This document shows, piece by piece, positions 1 to 11,900 of a stretch of DNA of 64,000 nucleotides (position 1 is its first letter; every line of letters begins with the position of its first letter). The DNA lies in the NCBI GenBank assembly GCA_013265495.1, contig MU062062.1, positions 2,214,747-2,278,746 on the forward strand. Reading direction: 5' to 3'. The position numbers and the translations under genes were made by a program. A model generated the notes under the pieces. That model was not told the origin of the DNA. It saw only the letters and a list, made by a program, of their open reading frames with translations, and ran no database searches. This DNA comes from Vicugna vicugna (lineage: Eukaryota).

Positions 1-1298
1 TTGGACCCTGGGGACAGCCTTCACTCCTGAGAGGCAGGCCCAGACTCTGACAGGAAATGACCAGTTATTTTTTTAAGTGAAGTTATGCAAATCTGGTAAG
101 ACTAAAGTAAACGTTTCATAAAACCAATGACGGCTTAAATTGTAGGACTAAACTGTTTGTATATAAATATTACCTTTTATATTCCACTTGCGCTTTATGT
201 GGGTGAGCACATTACTTTAATGACCTGCACTTACGGGGGGGAAGCGCGCTCCACCCTCGCCAGCCAGATGGCTGCCTCTTCTTGCATGAGATTAAAAGAT
301 GTTTCTCATTCACCTCGATGCTTCTGAGGCAAATTAATATCGCCAGCTAAATTGCTTGTGTTTTTGGAATAAAATTTAAAGAGAACTTTTTAAGGCAATT
401 GGTGTCACAGGTTCTGAGAGCAGATTGCTCTCCAGGTAGGGTCTGCTGGCTCCAGCATTCGGTAATTAATGGGAAGAATTCTGTGCTAATTGACTGCTTC
501 AGGAGAGGGAACCATAATGACTCCTTATTAATCATGAAAAGAAACGTGCGGCGTGGAGGCCCCACAACCGTGGCTCTAACAGTGGAGAAATGTCAGTTAA
601 TGAGAAGAACAATGATGTACGAAATCAGCTGCACAGCGCCCGTTACCAATGGGGGCTGGGCTTCAAGCACCTCATTCCAAGGGGAAACCACATAACTGGT
701 CATTTCCTGTCAGAGTCTGGGCCTGCCTTAAATAACATACTCGTATCACCCAAATTTAGGGGGAACCTTACAGTGTGAGGGCGTCTCTGCAGGCAGAAGC
801 GAACTCACCCAGAGCTGTATTTGCTTCCAAGAAGACAGCCCTGTCCTCCGATCTGGGCTCTCATCATCCCCAGGTCAACTCAGCGGGTCCCTCTGATGCT
901 GAGTCTGACAAAGGGAGGGGAACAGGGTGTTTTTCCCTAAACTGAAATCAGTTCAATTTCTGGTACTTCCCAGCAAACAGGAAGGAAAGCTCAGGTCTGC
1001 TGTGGGGACAAAGCGCCTTTTTAAAAAATCTGATTTTAAGTCCCCAAGCGAATATTTAACTCCATCCAATAACACGTTTTCCAGAAAAGGGAGCCACGTG
1101 TATTCACGTGCAAAGCCGCCGTCAGCCCAGCCCCCCGACGGCACTCAGGGTCACTAGTGGCCACAGCGCCGAAGCCGTGGCCACCCTGCAGGCCAGCAAC
1201 ACAACGGGGAGGGTGACACCTGAGGACAACAGGGTGGACGGAAGAGAGGCTGCCCCTCTGCCCTCCCCAGCCCGGCCGTTGACCCCCTCTCCCCGCAG

Positions 1299-1480
1299 GT
1301 GGAACGTGCTGGGTGTGCAGGGCGCGCTGCTCTGCCACTTCATCGAGCCCGTGTACCTGCACAGCATCGTGGTGGGGAGTCTGCGCCACACCGGCCACCT
1401 CGCCCGGGTGATGGGCCGCCGGCCCGAGGACGTCGGCCAGCTGCCCACCTCGTACCGGCACAACCGGCCCCTGCTCAGTG
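1299..1480 (+). CDS. ADARB2: ADARB2 (ADAR3/RED2) coding exon (human exon 8 equivalent), deaminase domain
   Basis: ccccgcAG acceptor at 1297-1298 and GTAAGC donor at 1481; 182 nt. Translates (R)[60 protein letters not shown](G), an ADAR deaminase segment matching ADAR3. Phase joins the next exon. Confidence 0.97.
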
Positions 1481-4029
1481 GTAAGCACTGTCCTCGTGGA
1501 CACAGCCCCCCCCCCCGGCAGGCCCGGCCAGGCTGGCCAACAGCATGTAAGGCGCAGGGAGCCATGGGGCAGAGCAGCCCTGCACAGAGGGGCAGAGAAC
1601 ACCCGAGTGAACATGCACCGGACGAGCAGATGGCATGGTGTCACTTTGCAGTAAACAGTCACTGTGCCACGAACACGCACACGCCCAGCAGGGCCACCCC
1701 CACCCCGTGCCGCCCGTGGGGCCTTCCTGGTGGAGGGCAAGGGGGCAGACACGGGGCCACAGCCACCCACCCAGGTCCCTGTGCCAGCACTGATCCGGGA
1801 GCAAACTCCTGAGCGTCCTCCCTGCCCCCGCCATGCGACGGGGCTGGACAGCCACCCCCAGGCAGCGGGCCAGCCCACACACAGCCCAGCAGCTGTGAGG
1901 CCCAGGAGTCTGTGGCCACGCATCGCCTGGAGGCCGCAGCATTCTAGGCTCGCTGGGAGGGGCGGTTTGCGGAGGTCACTCCCACCCACTGTGGCCGCGA
2001 CCTTCCACACTGAGGAGCCTTTCCTGTTCCCGGGAAATGAGCTGCAGCCAAAGGGAGGAGGAGGGGGATTTTAGTGACTCCCCGTACCCCGGGCCCAGGG
2101 CCTGGAGGAAGACACACAGCTCTGAGGCAGTGCCTGCTCCCTGGAGGGGCCGTCGTGGCCAGTGAGCAGGGGGCGGGGGATGGGTGGGTTGGGAGGGACT
2201 GGCCGGTTCGGGCCTCAGACGGATCCTCTGAGAGAGGACAGGAAGAGAAAAGAGCTGTTCGAGGGGTGTGGTGTCGAGTCAGGCCTGAGCGTTACTACCA
2301 GGATCCTGAAATTGTTCTGAACTAGATCAGGGGCCATGATGTACTGGGGGACGGCGGGCGGCGGGTGAGAACCAAAGGACAGACTTGACAAAGAGCACCT
2401 CACTGCTAACCAGTCCCAACCACACACGTCTGCCTGAGTCCTGCCGTGGAGACAGCACCAGACCCGAAGGTCCAGACGAGGCCAAAGAGGCCCCCCCAGC
2501 TTGGGGCTGCGCGATGGCTCAGTGCCTGTTTCATGCCTGCGTCCCGGGCTTTCTTGACACGGGAGACCCTCCCTGCGCAAAGGGGCCGCCTTTCTCATGG
2601 CTCTCGGTAGGTGGGAATCGGTGAGAATGGTGACTGATAAAAATCTGTGCTCTCAGTACTCATCTTTTAGAAAGACGTACGTGAACGAGGAGGTGACTGA
2701 GGGCTGCCGCACCGGGCTGGCGGCCTGGGCATCGGAGCTTCCAACCTCAAGGCGCAGTGTTTCCTCTTCTCCATCAGGAGAATGAATCACGACAGGGAGG
2801 AAATCTGGACGGGACAGATAAACCCGCCCTTCGCGCTAACGGCGTTTCCCAGATGTTTTCAGCGCTGAACACCCTCAGTCCACGTGGAAGATAGACTCAC
2901 AACGAGTTTGCAGCCCAGGGCAAGGTCTCGGCAGTGGAAATGGAACCTGAGAGATGGACCAGGAAATGGATGTCAGAACCTTGAGTTAAGACTCTTGGTT
3001 TACATTCGTGATGAAAAGTACAGGACTGGTGACAGAGAAGAGAGTTGGCTGTCTTGCTTCACGGTGTGTTTTTTCCTGAAATAGTGAAAATAACAAGCTG
3101 GCGTTTCAGGGCCCATTTCCCACTTCCATGTTTGCTAAGCACTTGAATTTGCCGGAAAGAAGTTTGATGTTTATTGAAATGTCCACCAACAGTCGCCTGT
3201 AAATTTTGCCCCAAACCACCGACGTGTCACACTCTAGCCACGTCTCTGCAGGGACGGCAGGGCAAGGAGATCTGCGGCCACCGTCGTCCACGTTTCTGTG
3301 CGCGTTTAAATTTCTAAAATGTTGTCCAGCTCAGCTGCAGAATCTGATGTGGTCAGGACTCCAGCTCGGGAGAAACTTCTGCAATTGATTATCATTAATG
3401 GTGCCCTGCAACACAACCCAGTGCGGGTGGCAGCAGAGATTTTCTTTTATGCCAGTGGACAGTAGTCTGTATGTTACACACACGGCATTATAAACTATAA
3501 ACGTTTCATAAATGTTTCAGACAAAGCACCATGAGCTTCAAAAAAATGCCTGAGCGGAGGCCTCTGTCCTAGGCCATGAGAGGCGGGAGTTTATTGTCCG
3601 GTGTCCTTGTAGGAATTTCTGGTAGAAAACAAAATCCCTATAGATCTTGCTAGAATAATCTGAAAGTAACCGTAATATCTCTGCATGCAGATCAAAAAAG
3701 TCAGGCTTAACAAAGAAACACCTAATGACACGTTTCCGTGCACCACCGCACACATCCCTGCGCAAATCAGGCGGCCCGTAGCTTAGGGTAAATTTAAAAT
3801 TACAGGAAATCTTACTGTAGTATTCTGGGGAGTTCTTTTAAAAACTGCGTTTATTAGTTAAGTTTCACTTAATTTCTACCACGACTGTAAGGAACAGTTT
3901 CACAGAACTGAACACCAAACCTGATGATGTTCCTCCTGAGAGCTTTGCCTGTGAAGGAAAACACTCCTGCTGTCAACACACTTACTTTGTCCAAACATTA
4001 AGACGCTGACCACAATCCCTGCATGCCTT

Positions 4030-4330
4030 TAATCACTCAGCAGGTACATGCTGATCACTTAAGACGCTCCAGGCGCAGTTCGGCACTCGGACTAGGGCAG
4101 TGAGCCAAACGACTGAAAACCCACGCCCGAGGCAGACGCCTTCTAGTGGGGAGAAGGCGAAGAAAATACAAATGCTTGACAGAAAATTAAAGTGAAGGGG
4201 TTAGAAAGTGGCCTGCAACTGTAAGTCAGAGGGCCCGGGTGACACCTGAGGACACCCTGAGGATGCAGGGGTGGAAAGAGAAGAGGTGGAAGGTGGACCT
4301 TGGAGGAGCTTTCAGGGCAGTTTCAGGCAG
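4030..4330. mobile_element. Decayed L2 LINE fragment
   Basis: aatcactcagcaggtacatgctgatcacttaagacgctccaggc...ctagtgggg resembles the antisense L2 3' end (pattern recall). Confidence 0.4.
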
Positions 4331-4849
4331 CAGTGGGGCGGCCACTGCAGTGCACGGAGAAGTCAGTCAGGATGAATCGGGACCCAGTGAGCCCAGCTTG
4401 TAATGATCTCATTCCTGAATTCAGATTAAGATGATCCTACCAGAAGTCAGGTCAAAATAATCCTACAGAAAAGGTGCACGTACAGTAAGCACCAGCACAG
4501 AATAAAAAACTGGTGCCGGCGGAGACAGACCCGGCAGGAACCACGGACGGTGAAGGCAGCCCCTGGCCCCAGAGGCTGCAGTTCTCAGACACAGACGTTC
4601 ATGTAACTGTGCCCAACAGGGTAAAAGAGATTGAAAGCCCAAGACGGAAAATTGGGAGGGGGGGGAGCCAGAAAAAGGGCCCGATGGGAATTTCAGAAAT
4701 AAAGGTAATAAAACATTTTGTGTAACAAAGGCTGGGCTTAGAGGCAAACTAACACAGCCGAGGAGAGAATTAGCATGTTGGGACATTATTCTGAAGAGAA
4801 CACCCAGAACGAGCACAGAGACAGAGACAGGGAGTCTCAGTCGAGGTTC

Positions 4850-5240
4850 TCCAGAGCTCAGGACCAACAGGCCAGACTCAGCTTCCTGCTAGCAAAGAGA
4901 GGCCTGTCTCGGAGAACTGGCTCACACCACTGCGGGGCTGTCAGGTCTGAGATCTGCAGGCCAGGCCAGCCTTCCAGGCACACGCTGCTACTGCAGCCAC
5001 ACCCAAAGGCCACCTGGAGGTAGAATTCCTTCCTCTCGAGGGACCTCGATCTTGGCTCCTAGGGTCGTCAACTGATTAGACGAGGCCTACCGCACAGCGG
5101 AGGGTCTTTGCTTTTCTCAAAGTCTGCTGATCGAAGTGTCAGCCCATCAAAACTACCTTCACGGCAGCACGTGGGTGGTGTCTGACCAAGCAGCGGGCAC
5201 CACAGCCTAGCCAAGTTGATACACAAAGTTGACCACTGCA
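4850..5240 (-). mobile_element. ERVL solo LTR, MLT2-like
   Basis: Ends gggcaccacagcctagccaagttgatacacaaagttgaccactgca, the reverse complement of the MLT2 5' end (tgtgatggttaattttatgtgtcaacttggctaggctatggtgccc). Confidence 0.6.
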
Positions 5241-5389
5241 GAGGGAAACAGGAGAAAATACAAAGGGAAGGTGAGAGGCGGAGCGAGACAGTCTAACATG
5301 GGTGTGGACAGAGTCCCAGAGGAAGAGAGGAAAGCGGAGTGGGAGCTGTACTACGGACACGAGAACTGAGGACTCCCCAGGACGGGGGA

Positions 5390-5720
5390 TGCACCGACCC
5401 AGGACCCTGAGAAGCGTGCTGCACCTCAGGAAGAATGTTCCAGTCCTCCCTCAGCAGCAAAATCGCTAAAAACAAGAATAAAAAGAAAATCATAAAAGCT
5501 GCCAGTAAAGAAAAGACAAGTCAACTTCAGAGACGTGAGGTCAGACTGATAGCTAAACCTCAGAGGACAAAACAGGAAATGACGTCTTTGAAATGCTGTG
5601 GAAAGTTAATCTCAAACCAAAACCCTGCACCCAGTGAAAGTATCCTTCAGGGGAGGAGAGACAGCATTCCAGAGAAACGAGGCCCCCGAAACACTGTGTT
5701 TCTGTGCATAATAAAAACGC
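5390..5720 (+). mobile_element. Old L1 ORF1-region fragment
   Basis: A-rich; residual translation KKKIIKAASKEKTSQLQRREVRLIA is L1 ORF1-like. Confidence 0.5.
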
Positions 5721-7467
5721 CCCAGACAGACACTGCGGGGCCAAGAGCAGGGGGGCCATGCGCCCCCAACAGGTGAGACGTGACGACAGTGGACATACGT
5801 GATTTCAAGCAAAATCAGCCACATTCTGCCCAAGTCCCTTTGCCTTGTATCTCCTGAAATAGCAACAGTCCTCCCAGGAGCCCAGACCCACACCACCACC
5901 AGGCTGGAGGAGGGAGCACTCGGCTTTCCTGCCACGGAGGGATGCGCGCATCTCCTGGAGCATCCTGGGAGCACGTGCACGTTAAACTACGAGGAGCACG
6001 GACCTCAGTCATTTCTGATCACAGATCAGGTCACGTCCCTTGACTCCAGGAAGGAAGTCTCCGGACATCAGGGGAACCCTCATCGGAAGTGGAGGCCCCA
6101 GCCCCTGCTCAGACGCTGCTGCTCAGCCCGACCTGGCCCTGCACAGCGTTCCCCTGTGTCACCTGCAGCTCCTGGGACAGCAGAACGACACGTGCCGCAC
6201 ACTGAGCCAGCTCACGGTCCAGGCCCCGCTGCCCCCTGCGTGTCGTCCCTTGTACGTGCTGCTTTCAGACAGGACCACAGCTAGGAAGTCACTGTTACTA
6301 CGACGCTGCCCACGCTCATGAAAGTGATGTGAGCACAGACTCAGGAGTAGCTACCCCGATCCACCCGTCCGTGTTACCGGCCCATGTCCGTCGGGAGTGT
6401 GTGCGCAGAGTGAGGGGGTGTGGGGCGTGGCCTGTGTGACGTGCCGTCTGCACCTGTGGGTGTGACGAGTGCACGCAAGCCCAGGAGACCCGCAGGGTGG
6501 GGGCAGTGCAGAAACTCAGGCGGCCCTCCTGTTCCTGCCACTTCACGATTCCAGGTGTATCTGGAAACTGCTTCATTCATTCCACAAAACCACACGCGGG
6601 GCCGCCCTGTACGCAAGACCTGCCCTGCCGCAGCTCCCGTGAAAATGACACCCTGAATGTCGTGTGCACATCTCGTGTGGGGAGAGTGAGTCACACCTTA
6701 GACAAAGTGGGCCCACAGATACTTAAAAGAAACGCTGTCGTGTCTATTACACACACACCGTTAAAAAAGGTAGAAGGGGATTTTCTCAGAGTAAAGCATC
6801 TTTGAGCAGCTGGTGAGCACTGATAAAACTATCTGCCAGGCAAGTGGATGCTCCCTCGTGGCTCTGAGCGGTGGCGGCAGGGGCGGTACAAGACCAGGAG
6901 CACAGTGCCGGGGGGGTCCTGCTCCCCCAAAACCTGCAGACGTCTTACCTGGAAAGGGGTCTCTGCAGGTGTGATCACATTAAGGCTCTGGGCTGAGGGG
7001 ACGGTCCTCTAGGCCACCACGCCTGGCAGCGGGACCACCGCAGCGCCGCATGCGAGCGTGATCTCTCCTCGTGGACACACCGGCAGGAGACTAGGCGGGG
7101 TTGGTCGCTCTTGGGTTCGGGGTAGATTGGAGGGTCTCCGGCCGAGGGAGGTGGTCTGTGGAGGACCCCGCACACGTCCACGCAGACCCTGGACCCTGAA
7201 CGGAGGCAGTGCCGGCACTGAGGGATGAGGGTCCACTTCTTCAGGGACCTTCTCTTGGGGGACCCTGGTGGGCACATGCCCGTGTTCTGTGTGCTCAGAC
7301 CACAAAAGCGCTTCCCTGAATGTGACGAGGACGGGCCCCGTCAACCCAGGGTCTTGGTCCGTTCGCATCCTTCTCTGGGTGAAGGTTCCTGGGACGTGAG
7401 CCTCGGCTGCACAGCCCACCTGGGACAGAGTGTTCGCACCTCACGGCCTCGCCGCTTCCCTCCCCAG

Positions 7468-7646
7468 GAGTGAGTCAGGCCGAGGCCCGGCAGCCCGGGA
7501 AGTCGCCGCACTTCAGCATGAACTGGGTGGTGGGCGCCGCGGACGTGGAGGTGGTGGACGCCACCACGGGGAAGAGGAGCTGTGGCCGCTCGTCCCGGCT
7601 CTGCAAGCGCAGGCTGTCCGCCCGGTGGGCGCGCCTCCATGGGAAG
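7468..7646 (+). CDS. ADARB2: ADARB2 coding exon (exon 9 equivalent)
   Basis: cttccctccccAG acceptor and GTGGGT donor at 7647; 179 nt. (G)[59 protein letters not shown]; frame continuous with the flanking exons. Confidence 0.97.
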
Positions 7647-8746
7647 GTGGGTGCGGCTCGTGGGGGGCAGGGGGCAGAAGGCAGAATAACGCCACTGGGT
7701 CTGAGCGGGGGTGACACTTGCTGCAAAACTGGTCCCTGTGCCCTCAGCTCACTCCCTGGGCCTCAGGTGCGGTTCCTCTGAGCGGGGGCCCCTGACGAGC
7801 AGCAGTCGGGTCCCAGAAACAGGTGGAAAAGGAGCTCACTGTGAAGGGCTGTGGCCGGGGCAGGGCCACCCGCTCAAAAAGTCCATACAAACTTCAGCGT
7901 CAGTATCATTCCAGTTGAGGTATAAAGACACGCATGCTGAGAGAAGTTAGGTTCACCCCAGTTACCCAGCAGTGAGTGAGTGAGATGGACCAGCCAGCGC
8001 GTCCTGCTCAGCTCAGGACCCTGACAAGCACACAGCACCTCCTGGTCCCCTGCCAGGCTGGCAGGTAACTCAAGAGCCGCCTGTTTGCCTGTTTCCGACC
8101 CTGACCCACCTTTGTTCCCAGGCCTCCCCGGCCCCACCCCCGCTCTACCTGAGCCCCTCCTCCCCACCGTGCAGCTCGAGTTTGGAGGAGCAGCAGGTTA
8201 TGTGCTTATCTTTGTGTTAATCGTCACACCTCCTGTGAAGCACGGTCCCCTGATAACTAGGTTTCCTGAGGAATCACAGAACTGCCGGGCAGAACCTGGA
8301 AACTTCTATAGTTACTTCTTTTTGGTGGCAGGGAGGGGAGTTTTAAATGTGATTTTATTTATCAGTAGGTCAAATTAGGGAGAACAGATACTTTCCTTTT
8401 GTTTCAGCTTTCCTGAGCATAAAGGACACACAAACGTATATATTTAAGGTGCACAACTTGATAATTTGATACACTGTGAAATGACATCTGGCACCACCAC
8501 AGCGCTGCCATCAGTGTGTGTCTTAGCAAATTTCAGGTACGCGTCACTATGACGCTGCTTTTCCGTCTGAAGGAAGAGAGAAGGAAGTTACCGGTGGGGC
8601 CAGGAGCCAGAGCCAGCTCAGCGTGTTCCAACGCGGTTCCAGTGGGTCCTGCTGGTCCAGGGGGCCCCGCTCTCGGCGGGTCCTGCTGGTCTGGGGGGCC
8701 CCATTGCCAGCAGGGGCTCACCCCTCCCTCTCCCTTTATCCCACAG

Positions 8747-8923
8747 CTGAGCACACGGATCCCAAGCCACGGGGACACACCATCCATGTACTGTGAGGCC
8801 AAGCTAGGGGCCTGCACCTACCAGTCTGTCAAGCAGCAGCTGTTCAAGGCGTTCCAGAAGGCGGGCCTGGGCACCTGGGTGAGGAAGCCACCAGAGCAGG
8901 ACCAGTTTCTACTAACTCTTTGA
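8747..8923 (+). CDS. ADARB2: ADARB2 last coding exon (exon 10 equivalent), stop TGA 8921-8923
   Basis: ccctttatcccacAG acceptor. [58 protein letters not shown] is the ADAR3-type C-terminus. Confidence 0.97.
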   Translation: MSTRIPSHGDTPSMYCEAKLGACTYQSVKQQLFKAFQKAGLGTWVRKPPEQDQFLLTL

Positions 8924-11900
8924 GTCTCTGGACCCGGGCCCGCTCTGGCCGAGGCGAGGGTGGGTGTATGGGGCGTGTCGGGACGGGGCTGGTCCGTTCG
9001 TGCATTCATTTCCCTTTGGTGTCCCAGAAACACACACGTGTGCACAGCTCGGTGAGCAGCCAGCCCTGAGTTAGGCACATGCTGCTCCTCTGCCGGCTGC
9101 TCCCAGGGTGCTGGGACCAAGACAGCCACCACGCCCGTCCGAGGCACCAGGGACTGCCTCCTCCTGGTGCCGAAGGGAGTTTCCATCGGGGCTGCAGGGT
9201 CTGAGTGGCCACCTGCAGGGTGGTGCGGAGCGCTCCTGTGGGAAGAGTGAATCCAGCACCATCCCCGACGCCCCCTCCCCCACACACCTCTGGTGCCGGG
9301 TTCCCGCTCAACCATGCAGAAGCGCACACGATATTCAGGATAAGCCACAAGTGAAGAGAGAAGCCATGGGCTCCCCCAGAGAAGCCAGTGAGCGCGCTGT
9401 TGTGCTCATGGCCACTCTGTTGTATTCCATGTCCTTTCAAGAGGGTCTGAGATGCACAGTATTAAAGGACCCCCAAGGCAGAACCAGGGAACGAGACCCT
9501 TCCTGCAGAGCAGAGGAACCGTTCCCAGAGCGCCCACGGGCCAAGGTCCAGCGTGTGAAGACACCACTGCTAGACGTCGCGGGGACGAGCCCATCCCGTC
9601 CCCACAGCTGCTCCTCTGGCAGGTAACGGCCAGCCAGCCGTGGACGAGGTCAGAGCTTCCAGGGTCCTCTACAGCCTACGGACCTGTGACCCCACCAGGT
9701 CACGAGTAAGCAGAGTCCTAGACTGAGTCCTGACTTTCTGGTCAAACTTTTATTAGGGAACAAGCACAGAAACACGCACAACCTTCCCTTCAGGCCCAAG
9801 GAGCCCCCAGCTCCCTGGTCCCAGGGGTTCTCTGCTCCCTGCCGCACGACGAAGAAAGCTCACTCAGAGCAGCCGCAGAAGTGCCAGAAGCGGGGCGCTG
9901 CCACCGTCAGGTCCTCCAACACACAGCCGGGCACAGGCCGCCTGGGATCTAGCCCTGGGGCCGGTGCAGACGCCCTGTCCACGCAGCGGGGCAGCACCCG
10001 GTCACATCCCGTCCATCACATGCTTTGAGGTGCCTGATCGCTGAGAACTCACTTCTGGTTCCACGCTCCAGTTAACCTGCCTCTCGTCCCTCCAATTAAA
10101 AGATCCGTATCTGATCCATTGCGCTAAATAGCACAGCGTCAGGCCGCCACCCTGGAGTCCAGCCAGCCACCCCGGGCGCACATCCTTCTGGGGACACAGG
10201 CCCCTCACCTGACCCAGGGGACGCCAGCATGTCACCACGCATACACACTCAAGGACACGTTACAGCTCTCGTAACAAAGGGGCAAATGCCAGACAGAGTG
10301 AGTTGTAGGCACTTGTTGCCAGAGCCCAAGTAGATTGACCAGTAAGGAAACAGAAACTTGCCCCGAGACTCAGCACAAGGTCAGACTCACCAGTCCACTG
10401 CTTTTAGAAGAGAAAACAGGTCTGAAGTAGACAGTTTCTTCAGGATAAAAGTTTCAAGAGATAGAAAAATGTTTTTGAAAATAGATGACATGAATCTTTC
10501 ATAAAATTTTAAAAATAAAATAGGAGCTTAATTCAGTACAAAAGCTAGGGTCAAAAGGCCAGTTTCTGTTAGTCTCTGACAGTCCGATGCATCACCAGGA
10601 TGAAGCTCAGAGAACCGACGACCGTGAGGGGTGGCTGTGACTGACGCTCTGGACACCGGTGTCTGGAGCTACTGGCGCTGGAGGCACAGGCAAGCCCTGG
10701 CTGAAACCTGTGCCCGGAACCTCGGCTCACCAGCGCTCTGAGCTGCTGCCCGGAGACGCGTGCCCCACTTTGTGTCCACGTGCTCCTGCCCCGGGGGGGG
10801 GATGCCAGGAACAGGTGGGCTCAAGGGGCGGAAGGCGCCCACCCACCCACAGGGAACACTCCACAGGGCCCGGCACGAGGCTGGCTGCTCTCTCTCGTCT
10901 GAAGCACTGGCTTAGGGGTCGGTGTGTCCAGTTGGCAGGGACGCAAAGGGAGGGTTTCTAGTGCAGCAGGAAGTTCCTAGGGCCCGGCGCTCTGCCACGG
11001 ATGCGGGGGTCCGAGTGAGGGGAAGACGGAGAGAGAGCGGGGGAGGACAGGACCTCGAGCTCCAGGCACAGAAGGGCAAAGGCGGGAGGAGGGCTGGGAT
11101 GAGCAGAGGCTGAGAGGAGGCAGGTCCCGGGGCTGGAACACCGGGCTCCAGTCAGGTCCGCCCAGGGATGAGGCCCATCTGCTCTGCTCCAAAGTCCCAC
11201 GGGAGCCCCAGACTGCTTCAGGGGGTCTGACGGAATCTTTTAATTAGAAAGATCAGTGAGAGTGCAGAGGAGCACACGCACCTCACCACCCGAGGCCTCT
11301 GTAAGGAGAACACACTTGAGTTGCCCTGAAGACAGGATGGAACCAACAAAAGGGGGGCTGCCCCCACCCCGTCCACTGAATCTGCCTCAAAATGACCACC
11401 CTGCACCTCTGTGCTGCACTGCTCGCGGGCCCAGCATCCTCTGCTTTCAGCTTCCTCCCAGGAAAGTCAAAATAAAATCCACAGCACCTCTGTCCGCCTC
11501 CCAAGCAAGCATGGGGGGGAGCAGCGCGAGGTTCCCCACCTGGTTCTCAGCCAAAAAGCGGGGGCCGTGTGAGCCTCCGTGCAGGACTGGCCGCAGAGGG
11601 TCAGGACCAGCCCATGGTCCCAACGACGAATGACAGCGACCTCCTGTGTTTAGGGTCTCTCTGGGTTCTGCTTTTGCGGTTCCCCATCTGTACACCCCCA
11701 TCTCGCCACAACCGATGCTGTGACGTCTGCTGTTGGTCAGAAACGCCAGCTTGAGTTTCTTTTCAAGCAAACACAGCTCATATTTTTCCCACATAATTTC
11801 TTTTTCACTGAAATCTGTTCTTACCAATAAAGGTAAATGCTTTTTCTGGGGGGGGGGGTATAGTGTTTATCAAGACTGGAGAGCCATAAACAGTAAATAC

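Noticed and set aside
1211-4254. 18-nt direct repeat gggtgacacctgaggaca at 1211-1228 and 4237-4254
   Set aside because: Probably two L2-derived remnants or chance; same orientation, so no pairing.
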